Positions 1-11,103 of a stretch of 64,000 nt of DNA are shown one piece after another (position 1 is the first letter of the stretch; every line of letters begins with the position of its first letter). Below the pieces are notes generated by a model that did no database searches, had not been told where the DNA came from, and saw only the letters and a program-made list of their open reading frames with translations. The position numbers and the translations under genes are program-made. The DNA comes from an uncultured Methylocucumis sp. Its GTDB lineage: Bacteria; Pseudomonadota; Gammaproteobacteria; Methylococcales; Methylomonadaceae. The stretch spans positions 36,381 to 100,380 of the forward strand of contig CAYUQV010000004.1 in assembly GCA_964446885.1 (NCBI GenBank), read 5' to 3'.

Positions 1-1
1 T

Positions 2-312
2 GTATTGGATGCGCCAAAACACAGCCTCATCTTAATAGAAGAGCCAGAGCGAGGCTTGCATCCTAAGGCGATACAAGAATTGGTTGGATTTATTCGGGAG
101 CGTAGCGGATTCGGTGCTGGCATTTGGATGTCAACCCATAGCGAGGCAGTGGTAAGGGCTTTGGCGTTAAAGGAATTATGGTTGGTTGATAAAAAAGCAG
201 GAAAAACCCTTTGCATATCTGCTACTACCCAAGGCTTGACAGATGAGGATTTTACGCCCTTAGGTTTGGATAAGGCATGGTTAGCCAATTTTTTTGATGG
301 AGGGCTGCCGTG

Positions 313-316
<4 letters not shown>
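2..316 (+). CDS. ABC/AAA_21-type ATPase, C-terminal part (5' truncated by window edge)
   Basis: Walker B 'LILIEEPERGLHP' and H-loop 'IWMSTHS'; the frame is open to the window start. Confidence 0.8.
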
Positions 317-2200
<1,884 letters not shown>

Positions 2201-2260
2201 ATGCCTTATATATCCGCCGTAACAGGCGGATCATTTTATTTTTACAAAAGCGTGGGATTT

Positions 2261-2725
2261 ATGAAGAACGTATTGAAAGGCTTGCTGTTGCTGTCTGTAT
2301 TGATGCAGGGCGTGGCTGGGGCAGAAGACGTTACGCAGGAAAACTTGGTGCAAGCTGCGGCCATCCAAGGTGATGCCAAAGCACAGGCCAAATTAGGCGC
2401 GATGTATTTGCTAGGCAGTGGCGTGGAGAAAGATGAACAAAAAGCCGCCGAATGGTTGTTACAAGCCGCCAATCAAGGCTATGTTGAAGCTCAGGTGATT
2501 GTCGCGGCTTTGTATGACCGGGGCTTGGGTGTCAAAAACGACGTGAAAGTCGCTACCCAATGGTACGAAAAAGCTGCCGCACAAGGCCATGCGCCTTCGT
2601 TGGCGATTTTAGGCAGAAATCCGGTGGCTCAAGGTGGCGTTGCTTTCAATTATCAAGCAATGCGCTTAAATGCCGCCAAACAAATCCCAAGCGAATACGC
2701 TAAAAAAATCTTACTGACTCCCTAA
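2261..2725 (+). CDS. secreted Sel1-repeat protein
   Basis: Signal peptide MKNVLKGLLLLSVLMQGVAGA; Sel1 repeats 'AQAKLGAMYLLGSGVEKDEQKAAEWLLQAANQG'. Start moved to ATG 2261. Confidence 0.85.
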   Translation: MKNVLKGLLLLSVLMQGVAGAEDVTQENLVQAAAIQGDAKAQAKLGAMYLLGSGVEKDEQKAAEWLLQAANQGYVEAQVIVAALYDRGLGVKNDVKVATQWYEKAAAQGHAPSLAILGRNPVAQGGVAFNYQAMRLNAAKQIPSEYAKKILLTP

Positions 2726-2731
2726 TGACCG

Positions 2732-4135
2732 ATGACCATTATTACTCGTTTTGCCCCTAGCCCCACTGGCTATCTGCATGTTGGCGGTGCGCGCACCGCT
2801 TTGTTTTGTTGGCTGTTTTCCAAAAAATACGCTGGCAAATTCATTCTTCGGATTGAAGACACCGATTTGGAGCGTTCCTCGCAGGCATCGGTGGATGCCA
2901 TTTTGCAAGGCATGGAATGGTTGGGTTTGGATTATGATGAAGGCCCGTATTACCAAACCCAACGCTTTGACCGTTATAAGGAAGTCATCCAGCAGTTGTT
3001 GGCGCAAGGCGACGCTTATTATTGCTATTGCAGTAAGGAAGAGCTGGAAACCTTGCGTGCCGAACAAATGGCAAACAAGGAAAAGCCCCGTTACAACGGC
3101 AAGTGCCGTGACCATGCGGTGGCCGTTGATGGTAGGGAGCCAGTTATCCGCTTTAAGAATCCGGTCGATGGTGTGGTGGTGATCCCAGATTTGGTGAAAG
3201 GCGAAATTACGGTTGCGAACAAGGAATTGGATGATCTGATTATCGCCCGTGGCGATGGTACGCCAACGTATAACCTGACCGTGGTGGTCGATGATATGGA
3301 TATGGGCGTGACCCATGTTATCCGGGGCGATGACCATATCAACAACACGCCTAGGCAAATGAACATTTTGGCGGCATTAGGTGCGCCTTTGCCAAAATAC
3401 GCGCATTTGCCGATGATTTTGGGTGAGGATGGGGCGCGGTTGTCCAAGCGTCATGGCGCAGTCAGTGTCATGCAATTTCGTGATGATGGCTATTTGCCGG
3501 AAGCCCTGCTCAATTATTTGGTGCGCTTGGGCTGGTCACATGGCGACCAAGAAATTTTTTCCATAGACGAAATGATCCAATATTTTGAATTGGATGATGT
3601 GAATGGTTCGGCTTCGACATTCAATATGGAAAAGTTGCTATGGTTGAACCACCAATACATCATGAATGGCGACCCGGAACATGTCGCCAAACATTTGCTG
3701 TGGCATATCGAGCAACGCGGGATTAATCCGGCTGATGGGCCGGCTTTGGCGGATGTGGTCAAGGCGCAGCGTGAGCGCAGCAAAACCTTAGTGGAAATGG
3801 CCAATGCCAGCGTTTATTTCTACCAGGATTTTGATGCTTATGATGAAAAAGCCGCCAAGAAAGCGTTTGGTGCGGGTTCAGATGACGTGTTGGCCCGGAT
3901 TTATGATGAATTTGCCGCCGTGGCCGATTGGCAAGGGGAAGCATTGCATGACATCATCGTCAAGCTTTCGGAAACCTTGGAATTGGGTATGGGCAAAGTT
4001 GCACAACCGTTGCGGGTCGCCATTTGTGGCTCTGGCGTGTCACCTGCGATTGATATTACCTTGTCCTTGTTAGGCAAAGAAAAAACCTTGTCCAGAATAC
4101 AAAAAGCCATCAGTTACATGAAAAGTTCCAATTAA
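2732..4135 (+). CDS. gltX: glutamyl-tRNA synthetase
   Basis: '[14 protein letters not shown]' (HIGH), 'LSKR' (KMSKS-like), 'HVIRGDDH'. Confidence 0.98.
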   Translation: MTIITRFAPSPTGYLHVGGARTALFCWLFSKKYAGKFILRIEDTDLERSSQASVDAILQGMEWLGLDYDEGPYYQTQRFDRYKEVIQQLLAQGDAYYCYCSKEELETLRAEQMANKEKPRYNGKCRDHAVAVDGREPVIRFKNPVDGVVVIPDLVKGEITVANKELDDLIIARGDGTPTYNLTVVVDDMDMGVTHVIRGDDHINNTPRQMNILAALGAPLPKYAHLPMILGEDGARLSKRHGAVSVMQFRDDGYLPEALLNYLVRLGWSHGDQEIFSIDEMIQYFELDDVNGSASTFNMEKLLWLNHQYIMNGDPEHVAKHLLWHIEQRGINPADGPALADVVKAQRERSKTLVEMANASVYFYQDFDAYDEKAAKKAFGAGSDDVLARIYDEFAAVADWQGEALHDIIVKLSETLELGMGKVAQPLRVAICGSGVSPAIDITLSLLGKEKTLSRIQKAISYMKSSN

Positions 4136-4137
4136 CA

Positions 4138-4166
4138 TTGGACATTTTATCTAAATACTGTAAAAT
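4138..4166 (+). promoter_or_regulatory. sigma70-type promoter for the tRNA operon
   Basis: TTGGAC-17 nt-TAAAAT, 16 nt upstream of tRNA-Ala. Confidence 0.65.
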
Positions 4167-4182
4167 GGCTGGCTTTACTGAC

Positions 4183-4258
<76 letters not shown>

Positions 4259-4284
4259 ACCGTTTTAATAAAATAAATCGTCCT

Positions 4285-4360
4285 GTCCCCATCGTCTAGC
4301 GGCCTAGGACATCGCCCTTTCACGGCGAGAACAGGGGTTCGAACCCCCTTGGGGACGCCA
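4285..4360 (+). tRNA. tRNA-Glu (TTC)
   Basis: GTCCCCATCGTCTAG...CTTTCAC...GGTTCGAACC...GGGGACGCCA, 76 nt. Confidence 0.97.
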
Positions 4361-4408
4361 TTTATTTTAGCTTCAATCTTGCATAGGTCTCGACTAAGCC
4401 AGTGTTTA

Positions 4409-4484
4409 GTCCCCATCGTCTAGCGGCCTAGGACATCGCCCTTTCACGGCGAGAACAGGGGTTCGAACCCCCTTGGGGACGCCA
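4409..4484 (+). tRNA. tRNA-Glu (TTC), identical second copy
   Basis: Sequence identical to 4285..4360. Confidence 0.97.
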
Positions 4485-4490
4485 TACATG

Positions 4491-4519
4491 AAAAGGTTAT
4501 CATTTGATAACCTTTTTTT
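4491..4519 (+). terminator. intrinsic terminator of the tRNA operon
   Basis: AAAAGGTTATCA-TT-TGATAACCTTTT hairpin followed by a T-run. Confidence 0.8.
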
Positions 4520-4760
4520 ATGCCTGTCGTTTTTGCACAAATACTTGCTGCCGATCAGTTTATTTTGCTATCAAAGGGAAAATTCTTTGAGTGTTAAATA
4601 ATTTTGGTTTTGGTCTGCCATCAATCAGTTTTAACGTGTGTTTTATGCTAGAATCTCAAGCTGAATGTAGCTATTTGATTTATTTTTTTGCTTTTTTACG
4701 CGGAGCAGATTCAATGGGTTGCATTCAGTTTTTAATTTTAACTAAATAAGGCTTAATTTA

Positions 4761-5150
4761 ATGAAACACTTAAAAAAAATCATGATTTCCGCTGCTATGT
4801 CAGCTGCTATGGCTCTGGTTGCTTCACCTGCTTTTGCTGAAGGCGCAACCGATGCGGCTGTAAAAGCTGCTGCGGAAAATGTACTTGTCAAAACTGAAGA
4901 AGCACTGGGTTTGGTAGAAAAAGGTGCCGATAAAGCGGATGTTTTGAAAACCATCAATGAAGTCCGTCAGTCTTTAAAAGAATTCCGTTATGAAATGACC
5001 GAGCGCCTGCGTCAAAAATCTACTGACAGATTGAGAGCAGCCCGTGAAGGTTTCGAAAGCGGCGATGCTAAAGTTGGCGAAGCCAAATTGAGAGAAGCAT
5101 TGGCTGGCTTTAAAGAAATGAAAGAAATTTACGACGCCAACCATAAATAA
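4761..5150 (+). CDS. small secreted alpha-helical hypothetical protein (paralog 1)
   Basis: Sec signal ending 'SPAFA'; AAGG upstream; codon bias typical of highly expressed genes (GCT, AAA, CGT). Confidence 0.85.
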   Translation: MKHLKKIMISAAMSAAMALVASPAFAEGATDAAVKAAAENVLVKTEEALGLVEKGADKADVLKTINEVRQSLKEFRYEMTERLRQKSTDRLRAAREGFESGDAKVGEAKLREALAGFKEMKEIYDANHK

Positions 5151-5351
5151 GGGTTGCTTGCACAGATCCGATTTTGTTAATGGCTGAGTCGGATCTGATT
5201 TGCACGACCTCTTTAGTCCTGTTATCTGTGTTTTTTAAGCTCTTTAAAGGTTAAAAACTTACAATTTATGTTACAATAAATTTGTCACATACCTGTAAAT
5301 TAAGGTTATGAGGCCACTTTTACAAAATAACAACTAGGGGACTAGTGAAAT

Positions 5352-5738
5352 ATGAAAAACTTAAAAAAAATATTGATTTCTTTGTTGATTGCTTCTGCAA
5401 TGGGTAGTGTTTCATCTGTTGCGTTTGCTGAAGCCGATGCCGGTAGAACCGTATATGAGCCTTCTGAAGCGATTGACATGATTGCTGGTAAAGTTAAAGC
5501 AGCTATTGATTCCCTGACTACTGGTGGCGATAGCGAAACTGTTTCAAAGATGATTAAAGATGCTTTGGACGCGAGTAAAGAAGTGAACGCAAACGACAAA
5601 GTTGATAGAGCGCGTAGCAAAGCTAACAACAAATTGAAATCTGCACGTGCAAAACTGAAAGACAATGCGACTCAAGAAGCAGAACAAGAGTTAAGAGATG
5701 CTTACAAAGGTTTCTTGGATCTGAAAACTTTGCTTTAA
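5352..5738 (+). CDS. small secreted alpha-helical hypothetical protein (paralog 2)
   Basis: Signal ending 'SVAFA'; same MK.LKK N-terminus and similar 'L..AR......EAE..LRDA..GF' C-terminus as paralog 1. Confidence 0.85.
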   Translation: MKNLKKILISLLIASAMGSVSSVAFAEADAGRTVYEPSEAIDMIAGKVKAAIDSLTTGGDSETVSKMIKDALDASKEVNANDKVDRARSKANNKLKSARAKLKDNATQEAEQELRDAYKGFLDLKTLL

Positions 5739-5814
5739 AGTTTAGCAAATAAACCATATCAGGGCGCTTTCGACAGTTTCTTGGTATGGTTTAGCAAGCC
5801 CCTCTCTAAAACTA

Positions 5815-5835
5815 CCGCATTCTGCGGTTTTTTTA
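5815..5835 (+). terminator. intrinsic terminator
   Basis: ACCGCA-TTC-TGCGGT followed by a T-run, downstream of 5352..5738. Confidence 0.65.
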
Positions 5836-5889
5836 TGCCTTTTGTATTCTATTGCGGATGCCTTGGTTGTTCCGCTCGGTAACGCAACA

Positions 5890-5926
5890 TCCATTCCGGC
5901 AATCTATGTATGATTGCCGGAATGGA
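5890..5926. repeat. perfect 15-bp palindrome (REP-like or bidirectional terminator)
   Basis: TCCATTCCGGCAATC-TATGTAT-GATTGCCGGAATGGA between convergent genes. Confidence 0.7.
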
Positions 5927-5950
5927 ATATCTACTCAGAAGAACTTGTCG

Positions 5951-8551
5951 CTAACGCGAGTTACTGATAAACATCTGCTTTAGCCTCTCAAATGCTCCAG
6001 CCAGGGTTTTGTCCATCACCGTTTCATTGCCTATTGAAACAATCACACGGGTCAGTTCCGGCATTTTGTTTTTGGTCGATGCGATATAAATGGGTTGCAC
6101 ATAGAGTACGGTGTTGCCCATCGGAAGGATCACCATCCGCCCCATTTCCACCGCCGAGCCGGATTGTCCCCATAAGGTGAATTGTGCGGATATTTCAGGT
6201 ACTTGTTGGGTCAATGCTTCAATTTGTGCAGGGCCGTTGACTTGTACATCCTTGCCAAATTTATAGACGGTGATGTTAGGTTGGTAATCCTGGCCGCAAT
6301 TTTTGTTATTCGAGGTGCTGGCTACACCAATCATACTGAGGTTGTCACGGTTGACCGGGGTCATGGGATTAATCAGGACAAACTCCTCTTTGTCGTTACA
6401 ATTGCCGAAATCCATGGTTTGGTAATAAGGCAGGACTGTTTGGTCTCGTACATTTGCAAATTGCCAAGTTTCCGCCTGTTCATAAAACAATTCCGGGCTT
6501 TCCTGATGATATTTGGCGTAGATTTGCATTTGCACATAATACAAGTCGCGTGGATAACGCAAATGTTTGCTCAGGTCAGTCGGCATTTCATCAAGGTTTT
6601 TGAACAAGCTAGGGTAGGCGTTGCTGTAAGCTTTAATGATAGGGTCTTTGTTGTCGGCGATATAAAAATCGACATCGCCGTCAAATGCATCAACCACCAC
6701 TTTTACAGAATTGCGGATGTAATTGAAACCCTCTTTGCCTTTTTGGAAACGGTCATAAGTCGGTTTGGCGACCGGGTACTTGTCCGATAAGGTATAAGCG
6801 TCCTGTATCCAGTAAAAGCGGTCGTTGGTTAGCACCAAGTACGGGTCTTTATCCAGATGCAGGAAAGGGGTCAGCTTGTTGATGCGTTCAGAAATGTTGC
6901 GGTGTATTTTTAGTTTGCTTTCCGTCGAAATATTGGTGGAAAAAAATATTTTTTCATCATGGAGGAATAAAGCGAACAAGGCCTTGCGGAAATAAGACGG
7001 GATCGGAATGCCGCCTTCGCCATGATAAGCTTCCGTGATTGACGGGTCACTTTTGGCGATGCCGACAATATCCAATTTGTTGGGCACAATCGCATAATCA
7101 AACTGTTCTTGACCATAATAAATGTCCGGGTGCTTGACGCTAAGTCCGACCTCGGAACTCATATTCAGGTCACGTAGATACCAGGATTGAGGTTTGTCGG
7201 CATCTTGTGCCGCTGGTGTGACGACCGCCCCATAGCCGTGGGTGTATCGCAGATGCAGGTTTTCCCAATTTTGCGCTTCAATCGGTAGTTTTGAAGTATT
7301 GATCTCACGGGCTGAAATATTGACTTGGCGGGTATGGTTCAGGACAAAATAACGGTCTTCATCAACGGAGCGGAACCGGTAATAGGGGCGGATTTCCTGC
7401 AATTGCCGATAACTGTCAATGATAAATTCCCTGTCCCATACCGGGATGTTTTCAAAACGCTTTTGTGTCCCCCACGTCTCTATGTCTTTGGCGGCATTCA
7501 AATTGATGGTTATGTCAGCCTGTTTGATGTTGCGTAGGCCATAAGCGTCTAATGTGGCGTTGATGTTGTGTTGGATAAAGGGTTTTTCTGCCTTCACCGG
7601 ATTAGGGTTGACGACATAACGCTGGATCAGCTCAGGGATTAGGCTGATTTGGGGCAGCACTAAAGAGAGCAAAAACGCGCTTAATGAGATCAGGAAAGGT
7701 GCTTTGATGCGATGTTTTGTCGAAAAGATATATAGGCAACAACTGATGGCCGTTGCCAGAAACGTGCCTATTGAAAACCATATCAGTGGCAATTGGTAGC
7801 GTAATTCGACAAAGCCCGGGCCATAAAATATGGGTTCGTGGCTATCGTGATACAGTAGCGTGAACCGTTCCAGCATAAATCCCCAGACCACAAACGCGGT
7901 AATGAAGCCTATCAGCAGGGTCAGATGAATTTTTGCGCCGACCGGATATTCTTTACGTTGGTTAGGGATAAGCGTATGTTCCAGCCAATATAGCACACCA
8001 ACCATGCCAAAAACTAAAATCGCGGTGCTTAGCAGTTCCCGCTGTATCAGTTGGTAGACCGGATAGGAAAGCAGGTAAAAGCTGACATCTTCGCCATAAA
8101 CGGAATCTTTTATGCCGGAATCGCCGCCAAAAAAATACAGTAAAGACGTTTCCCATTGGTTATAGAAGGGGATGGCGATAAAAAAGGCCAGCAATAGTGA
8201 TATGGGTGTGTAAATTTTTACCGAGCCGCTCATGAAGGTGTCGGCAAAACGCTGGAATTTGCGGTGTTTCGCCTTATCTTGCAGAATTTCATCGGGAGGG
8301 TTCAGTCCTAAAAAACCTGACGCAATCCAAAAGTGCAGGAAAAAAATGGCAAAAAAAGCCAGTGTAACCGCACCTGACAGAAAAAATTTATACAGCAGTT
8401 TGAGCCAAAAATAGGCTTCCAATTTTAAGGATTGGAACCACCAAAGATCAACAAACAGATCAAGAAATATGAAATGGAATGCGACATATAAAATGCCAAC
8501 AAGCACTAGCGTCGCCCCTATCAACGCGGGTATTAACTTCAATTTCCGCAT
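5951..8551 (-). CDS. UPF0182 family membrane protein
   Basis: 'LFVDLWWFQSL', 'YTHGYG', 'PDIYYG', 'DKDPYLV', 'YIRNSVKVVVDAFDG'. Start ATG 8551 has a GGGGAC RBS. Confidence 0.9.
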   Translation of the reverse strand: MRKLKLIPALIGATLVLVGILYVAFHFIFLDLFVDLWWFQSLKLEAYFWLKLLYKFFLSGAVTLAFFAIFFLHFWIASGFLGLNPPDEILQDKAKHRKFQRFADTFMSGSVKIYTPISLLLAFFIAIPFYNQWETSLLYFFGGDSGIKDSVYGEDVSFYLLSYPVYQLIQRELLSTAILVFGMVGVLYWLEHTLIPNQRKEYPVGAKIHLTLLIGFITAFVVWGFMLERFTLLYHDSHEPIFYGPGFVELRYQLPLIWFSIGTFLATAISCCLYIFSTKHRIKAPFLISLSAFLLSLVLPQISLIPELIQRYVVNPNPVKAEKPFIQHNINATLDAYGLRNIKQADITINLNAAKDIETWGTQKRFENIPVWDREFIIDSYRQLQEIRPYYRFRSVDEDRYFVLNHTRQVNISAREINTSKLPIEAQNWENLHLRYTHGYGAVVTPAAQDADKPQSWYLRDLNMSSEVGLSVKHPDIYYGQEQFDYAIVPNKLDIVGIAKSDPSITEAYHGEGGIPIPSYFRKALFALFLHDEKIFFSTNISTESKLKIHRNISERINKLTPFLHLDKDPYLVLTNDRFYWIQDAYTLSDKYPVAKPTYDRFQKGKEGFNYIRNSVKVVVDAFDGDVDFYIADNKDPIIKAYSNAYPSLFKNLDEMPTDLSKHLRYPRDLYYVQMQIYAKYHQESPELFYEQAETWQFANVRDQTVLPYYQTMDFGNCNDKEEFVLINPMTPVNRDNLSMIGVASTSNNKNCGQDYQPNITVYKFGKDVQVNGPAQIEALTQQVPEISAQFTLWGQSGSAVEMGRMVILPMGNTVLYVQPIYIASTKNKMPELTRVIVSIGNETVMDKTLAGAFERLKQMFISNSR

Positions 8552-8743
8552 ATTGTCCCCTAAAAGGTTGTGAAATGGTTTCGTTGTTTGCTTAGGCGTG
8601 AGAGCCACAAGCTATCGAAAAATAATCCGACTATTCTAACACCCAATAATCACCACGTAATGTTTAGAGTTTGCGCTTTAATTAGTCAGGCATTTTGAAA
8701 TGCACATAAAAAACCGCCGTATTTTAAATAATGATAAACTGGC

Positions 8744-9913
8744 ATGGAAAAACCATCCCAAACAGCCATTATTTGTCTCAGATTGCCTCCACTTAGCCTT
8801 TACATACATATTCCTTGGTGCATAAAAAAATGCCCTTATTGCGATTTCAATTCCCATGCTGTCAAAGGAAACGCGCCGGAATCCCAGTACATCGACGTTT
8901 TATTGGATGACTTGTCCAAAGACATCGCTTTGTATAGGATTGGCCGTCCGATTGGCAGTATTTTTATAGGGGGCGGCACACCAAGCTTGTTTTCGCCGCA
9001 GTCGCTTGACCGTCTATTGCAGGGAGTGTCACGCCAACTGGTTTTTGATGGGAATATAGAAATTACTCTGGAAGCCAATCCAGGCACGTTTGAAGCTGAC
9101 AAGTTCCGTGAATTTAGGGCGTTGGGTATCAACAGATTGTCAGTAGGCGTACAAAGTTTCAATGATGCGCTGTTAAGCCAGTTGGGGCGCGTCCATTCCG
9201 CGAAAGAAGCGGTTTATGCCATAGAAACAGCCCGTCAAGTCGGCTTTGACAACATCAATATTGATTTGATGTTTGGCTTGCCGCAAGCAACGCTGGCGTG
9301 TAGCCAGAAAGATGTGCAAACGGCGATTGGGCTTGCACCGACACATATATCTTTTTATCAGTTAACCTTGGAGCCGAACACTTACTTTTATAAGTTCCCA
9401 CCGCATTTACCGGATGATGATGCCATTTTTCATATCCAAAAAAGCGGGCAGGGCTTGCTGGCCGATTTTGGCTATCAGCAATACGAAGTGTCAGCATATA
9501 GCAAATCCGGCAAGCAATGCCGCCATAATTTGAATTATTGGCAATTTGGCGATTATTTAGGGATTGGTGCCGGAGCGCACGGCAAAATAACTTTGGCCAG
9601 CCCTGGGCAGATTTTGCGGACGCGCAAACCTAAAAGTCCTGAACATTATCTGCGTGACTCCCACTGCTTGGCTGCGGAGGCTATTGCCGTTGCCGATTTG
9701 CCATTAGAATTTGTGATGAACCAATTGCGTTTGCGAAAGGGCTTTACCTTACATGATTTCAAAGCATTGACTGGGTTGGAAGCTGATGATTTGCAACCTG
9801 CTTTAGGCCGATGTGTGGATCAAGGTTTGATGGTTTTGGAAGATGACCATTGTGCCTGTACGCAAAAAGGTTGGGATTTTTTGGACAGCGTTTTGCAGGA
9901 GTTTTTGCAATAA
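8744..9913 (+). CDS. hemW: radical SAM heme chaperone HemW
   Basis: 'LYIHIPWCIKKCPYCDFNS' CxxxCxxC; 'GGGTPS', 'EANP', 'HNLNYW', 'GIGAGAHG'. Confidence 0.93.
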   Translation: MEKPSQTAIICLRLPPLSLYIHIPWCIKKCPYCDFNSHAVKGNAPESQYIDVLLDDLSKDIALYRIGRPIGSIFIGGGTPSLFSPQSLDRLLQGVSRQLVFDGNIEITLEANPGTFEADKFREFRALGINRLSVGVQSFNDALLSQLGRVHSAKEAVYAIETARQVGFDNINIDLMFGLPQATLACSQKDVQTAIGLAPTHISFYQLTLEPNTYFYKFPPHLPDDDAIFHIQKSGQGLLADFGYQQYEVSAYSKSGKQCRHNLNYWQFGDYLGIGAGAHGKITLASPGQILRTRKPKSPEHYLRDSHCLAAEAIAVADLPLEFVMNQLRLRKGFTLHDFKALTGLEADDLQPALGRCVDQGLMVLEDDHCACTQKGWDFLDSVLQEFLQ

Positions 9914-10322
9914 ATAACCTTAAACGTAAAAAACTGACAGTTTTTGTCATTCTGTACAGCAGAATCAGGCCCTGTCCGAAAATGCCTCGTGTAAAAGGTT
10001 TGTATGTGAAAAATTCACATGGTTTTATGCTTATTTTGCCTTTGTGCAGACCTTCAAGAAAGCTTTAGAATGTAAACAAACTCCTTGGGTGTGCTAAAGT
10101 AACGGCTAAATATGGACATAAACCTTGGAGTTACGCCATTTCTCGGTTGTATTCGAATTAGCTTGATCCAATTCTGTGTGATGTGATGGATTTATGGCGT
10201 AAAACATGCTTATTGTTAGCTTTTATAAACAATAACCTAGACATTCCCCCGTTCGTTATCGGTTTTCATAACCTTTTCATGTTGCCATCAAAATTTTTGG
10301 TTGGCTGATACTTATCCTCAAT

Positions 10323-10970
10323 ATGATTGATTATAAAAAAGAATTTATATCCTATGCGCTTGAATGTGGGGTTTTGAAGTTTGGCGAATTTGTTTTAAAG
10401 TCAGGACGTACCAGCCCTTATTTTTTTAATACAGGCTTGTTTAATACGGGGGCTAAGCTGGCAAAGTTAGGGCAATTTTATGCGTTGGCTTTACGTGAAT
10501 CCGGTATAGGCACTGATATATTGTATGGCCCTGCCTATAAAGGCATTCCTTTGGCCTGTGCAACAGCCAGCGCATATTCGCAATTGTTTTCCGAGGACAT
10601 GCCGTTTGCCTTTAACCGTAAAGAAAGCAAGGATCACGGTGAAGGCGGAATGTTGGTAGGTTCGCCTTTGCAAGGCCGCGTTGTCATTGTCGATGATGTC
10701 ATTACCGCCGGGACATCGGTTAGGGAATCGGTCGAAATCATAAGAAAAACCAATGCGGCACCCGTCGGGGTGTTGATTGCTTTAGACAGGCAGGAGCGGG
10801 GGCAAAATCAAGTGTCTGCGATACAAGAAGTCAGTGATAGTTTTGGTTTGCCCGTTGTGGCGATCATCACCTTAGCGGATATCATAGAATATTTGTGTCC
10901 CGAATCGGATGAAAATGTCAATGTCAATGTCAATGCGATTATTGAATATCAGCGGTTATATGGGCTTTAA
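10323..10970 (+). CDS. pyrE: orotate phosphoribosyltransferase
   Basis: '[12 protein letters not shown]', 'GPAYKGIP', PRPP-binding loop '[12 protein letters not shown]'. Confidence 0.97.
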   Translation: MIDYKKEFISYALECGVLKFGEFVLKSGRTSPYFFNTGLFNTGAKLAKLGQFYALALRESGIGTDILYGPAYKGIPLACATASAYSQLFSEDMPFAFNRKESKDHGEGGMLVGSPLQGRVVIVDDVITAGTSVRESVEIIRKTNAAPVGVLIALDRQERGQNQVSAIQEVSDSFGLPVVAIITLADIIEYLCPESDENVNVNVNAIIEYQRLYGL

Positions 10971-11103
10971 ACCGGAAACTTTAAGCAAATTCAAAATAAA
11001 GCGTTGTTAACCTATTTGTTGTTAGTTTATAGACTACAATTTTAATATAAAATTTGAAGTACCGATTCATTTACCAATATCGTGTTTTTATAAAAGGCTT
11101 GCC

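Noticed and set aside
4285-4484. 76-bp direct repeat with a spacer, superficially CRISPR-like
   Set aside because: Both copies are complete tRNA-Glu genes; no CRISPR array or cas gene was seen anywhere in the window
4761-5150. Resemblance to cytochrome b562 (size, helical content, C-terminal His)
   Set aside because: There is no CxxCH, no Met near the mature N-terminus, and the paralog lacks the His; too weak to call
10004-10020. ATGTGAA-AAA-TTCACAT palindrome resembling a CRP/FNR site
   Set aside because: The TGTGA-TCACA spacing is 5 nt, not the required 6; it cannot be assigned to a regulator
10214-10232. TGTTAGCTTT(T)ATAAACAA recurs at 33883-33900
   Set aside because: An AT-rich 18-mer with an indel; there is no shared gene function or extended similarity, so it may be chance
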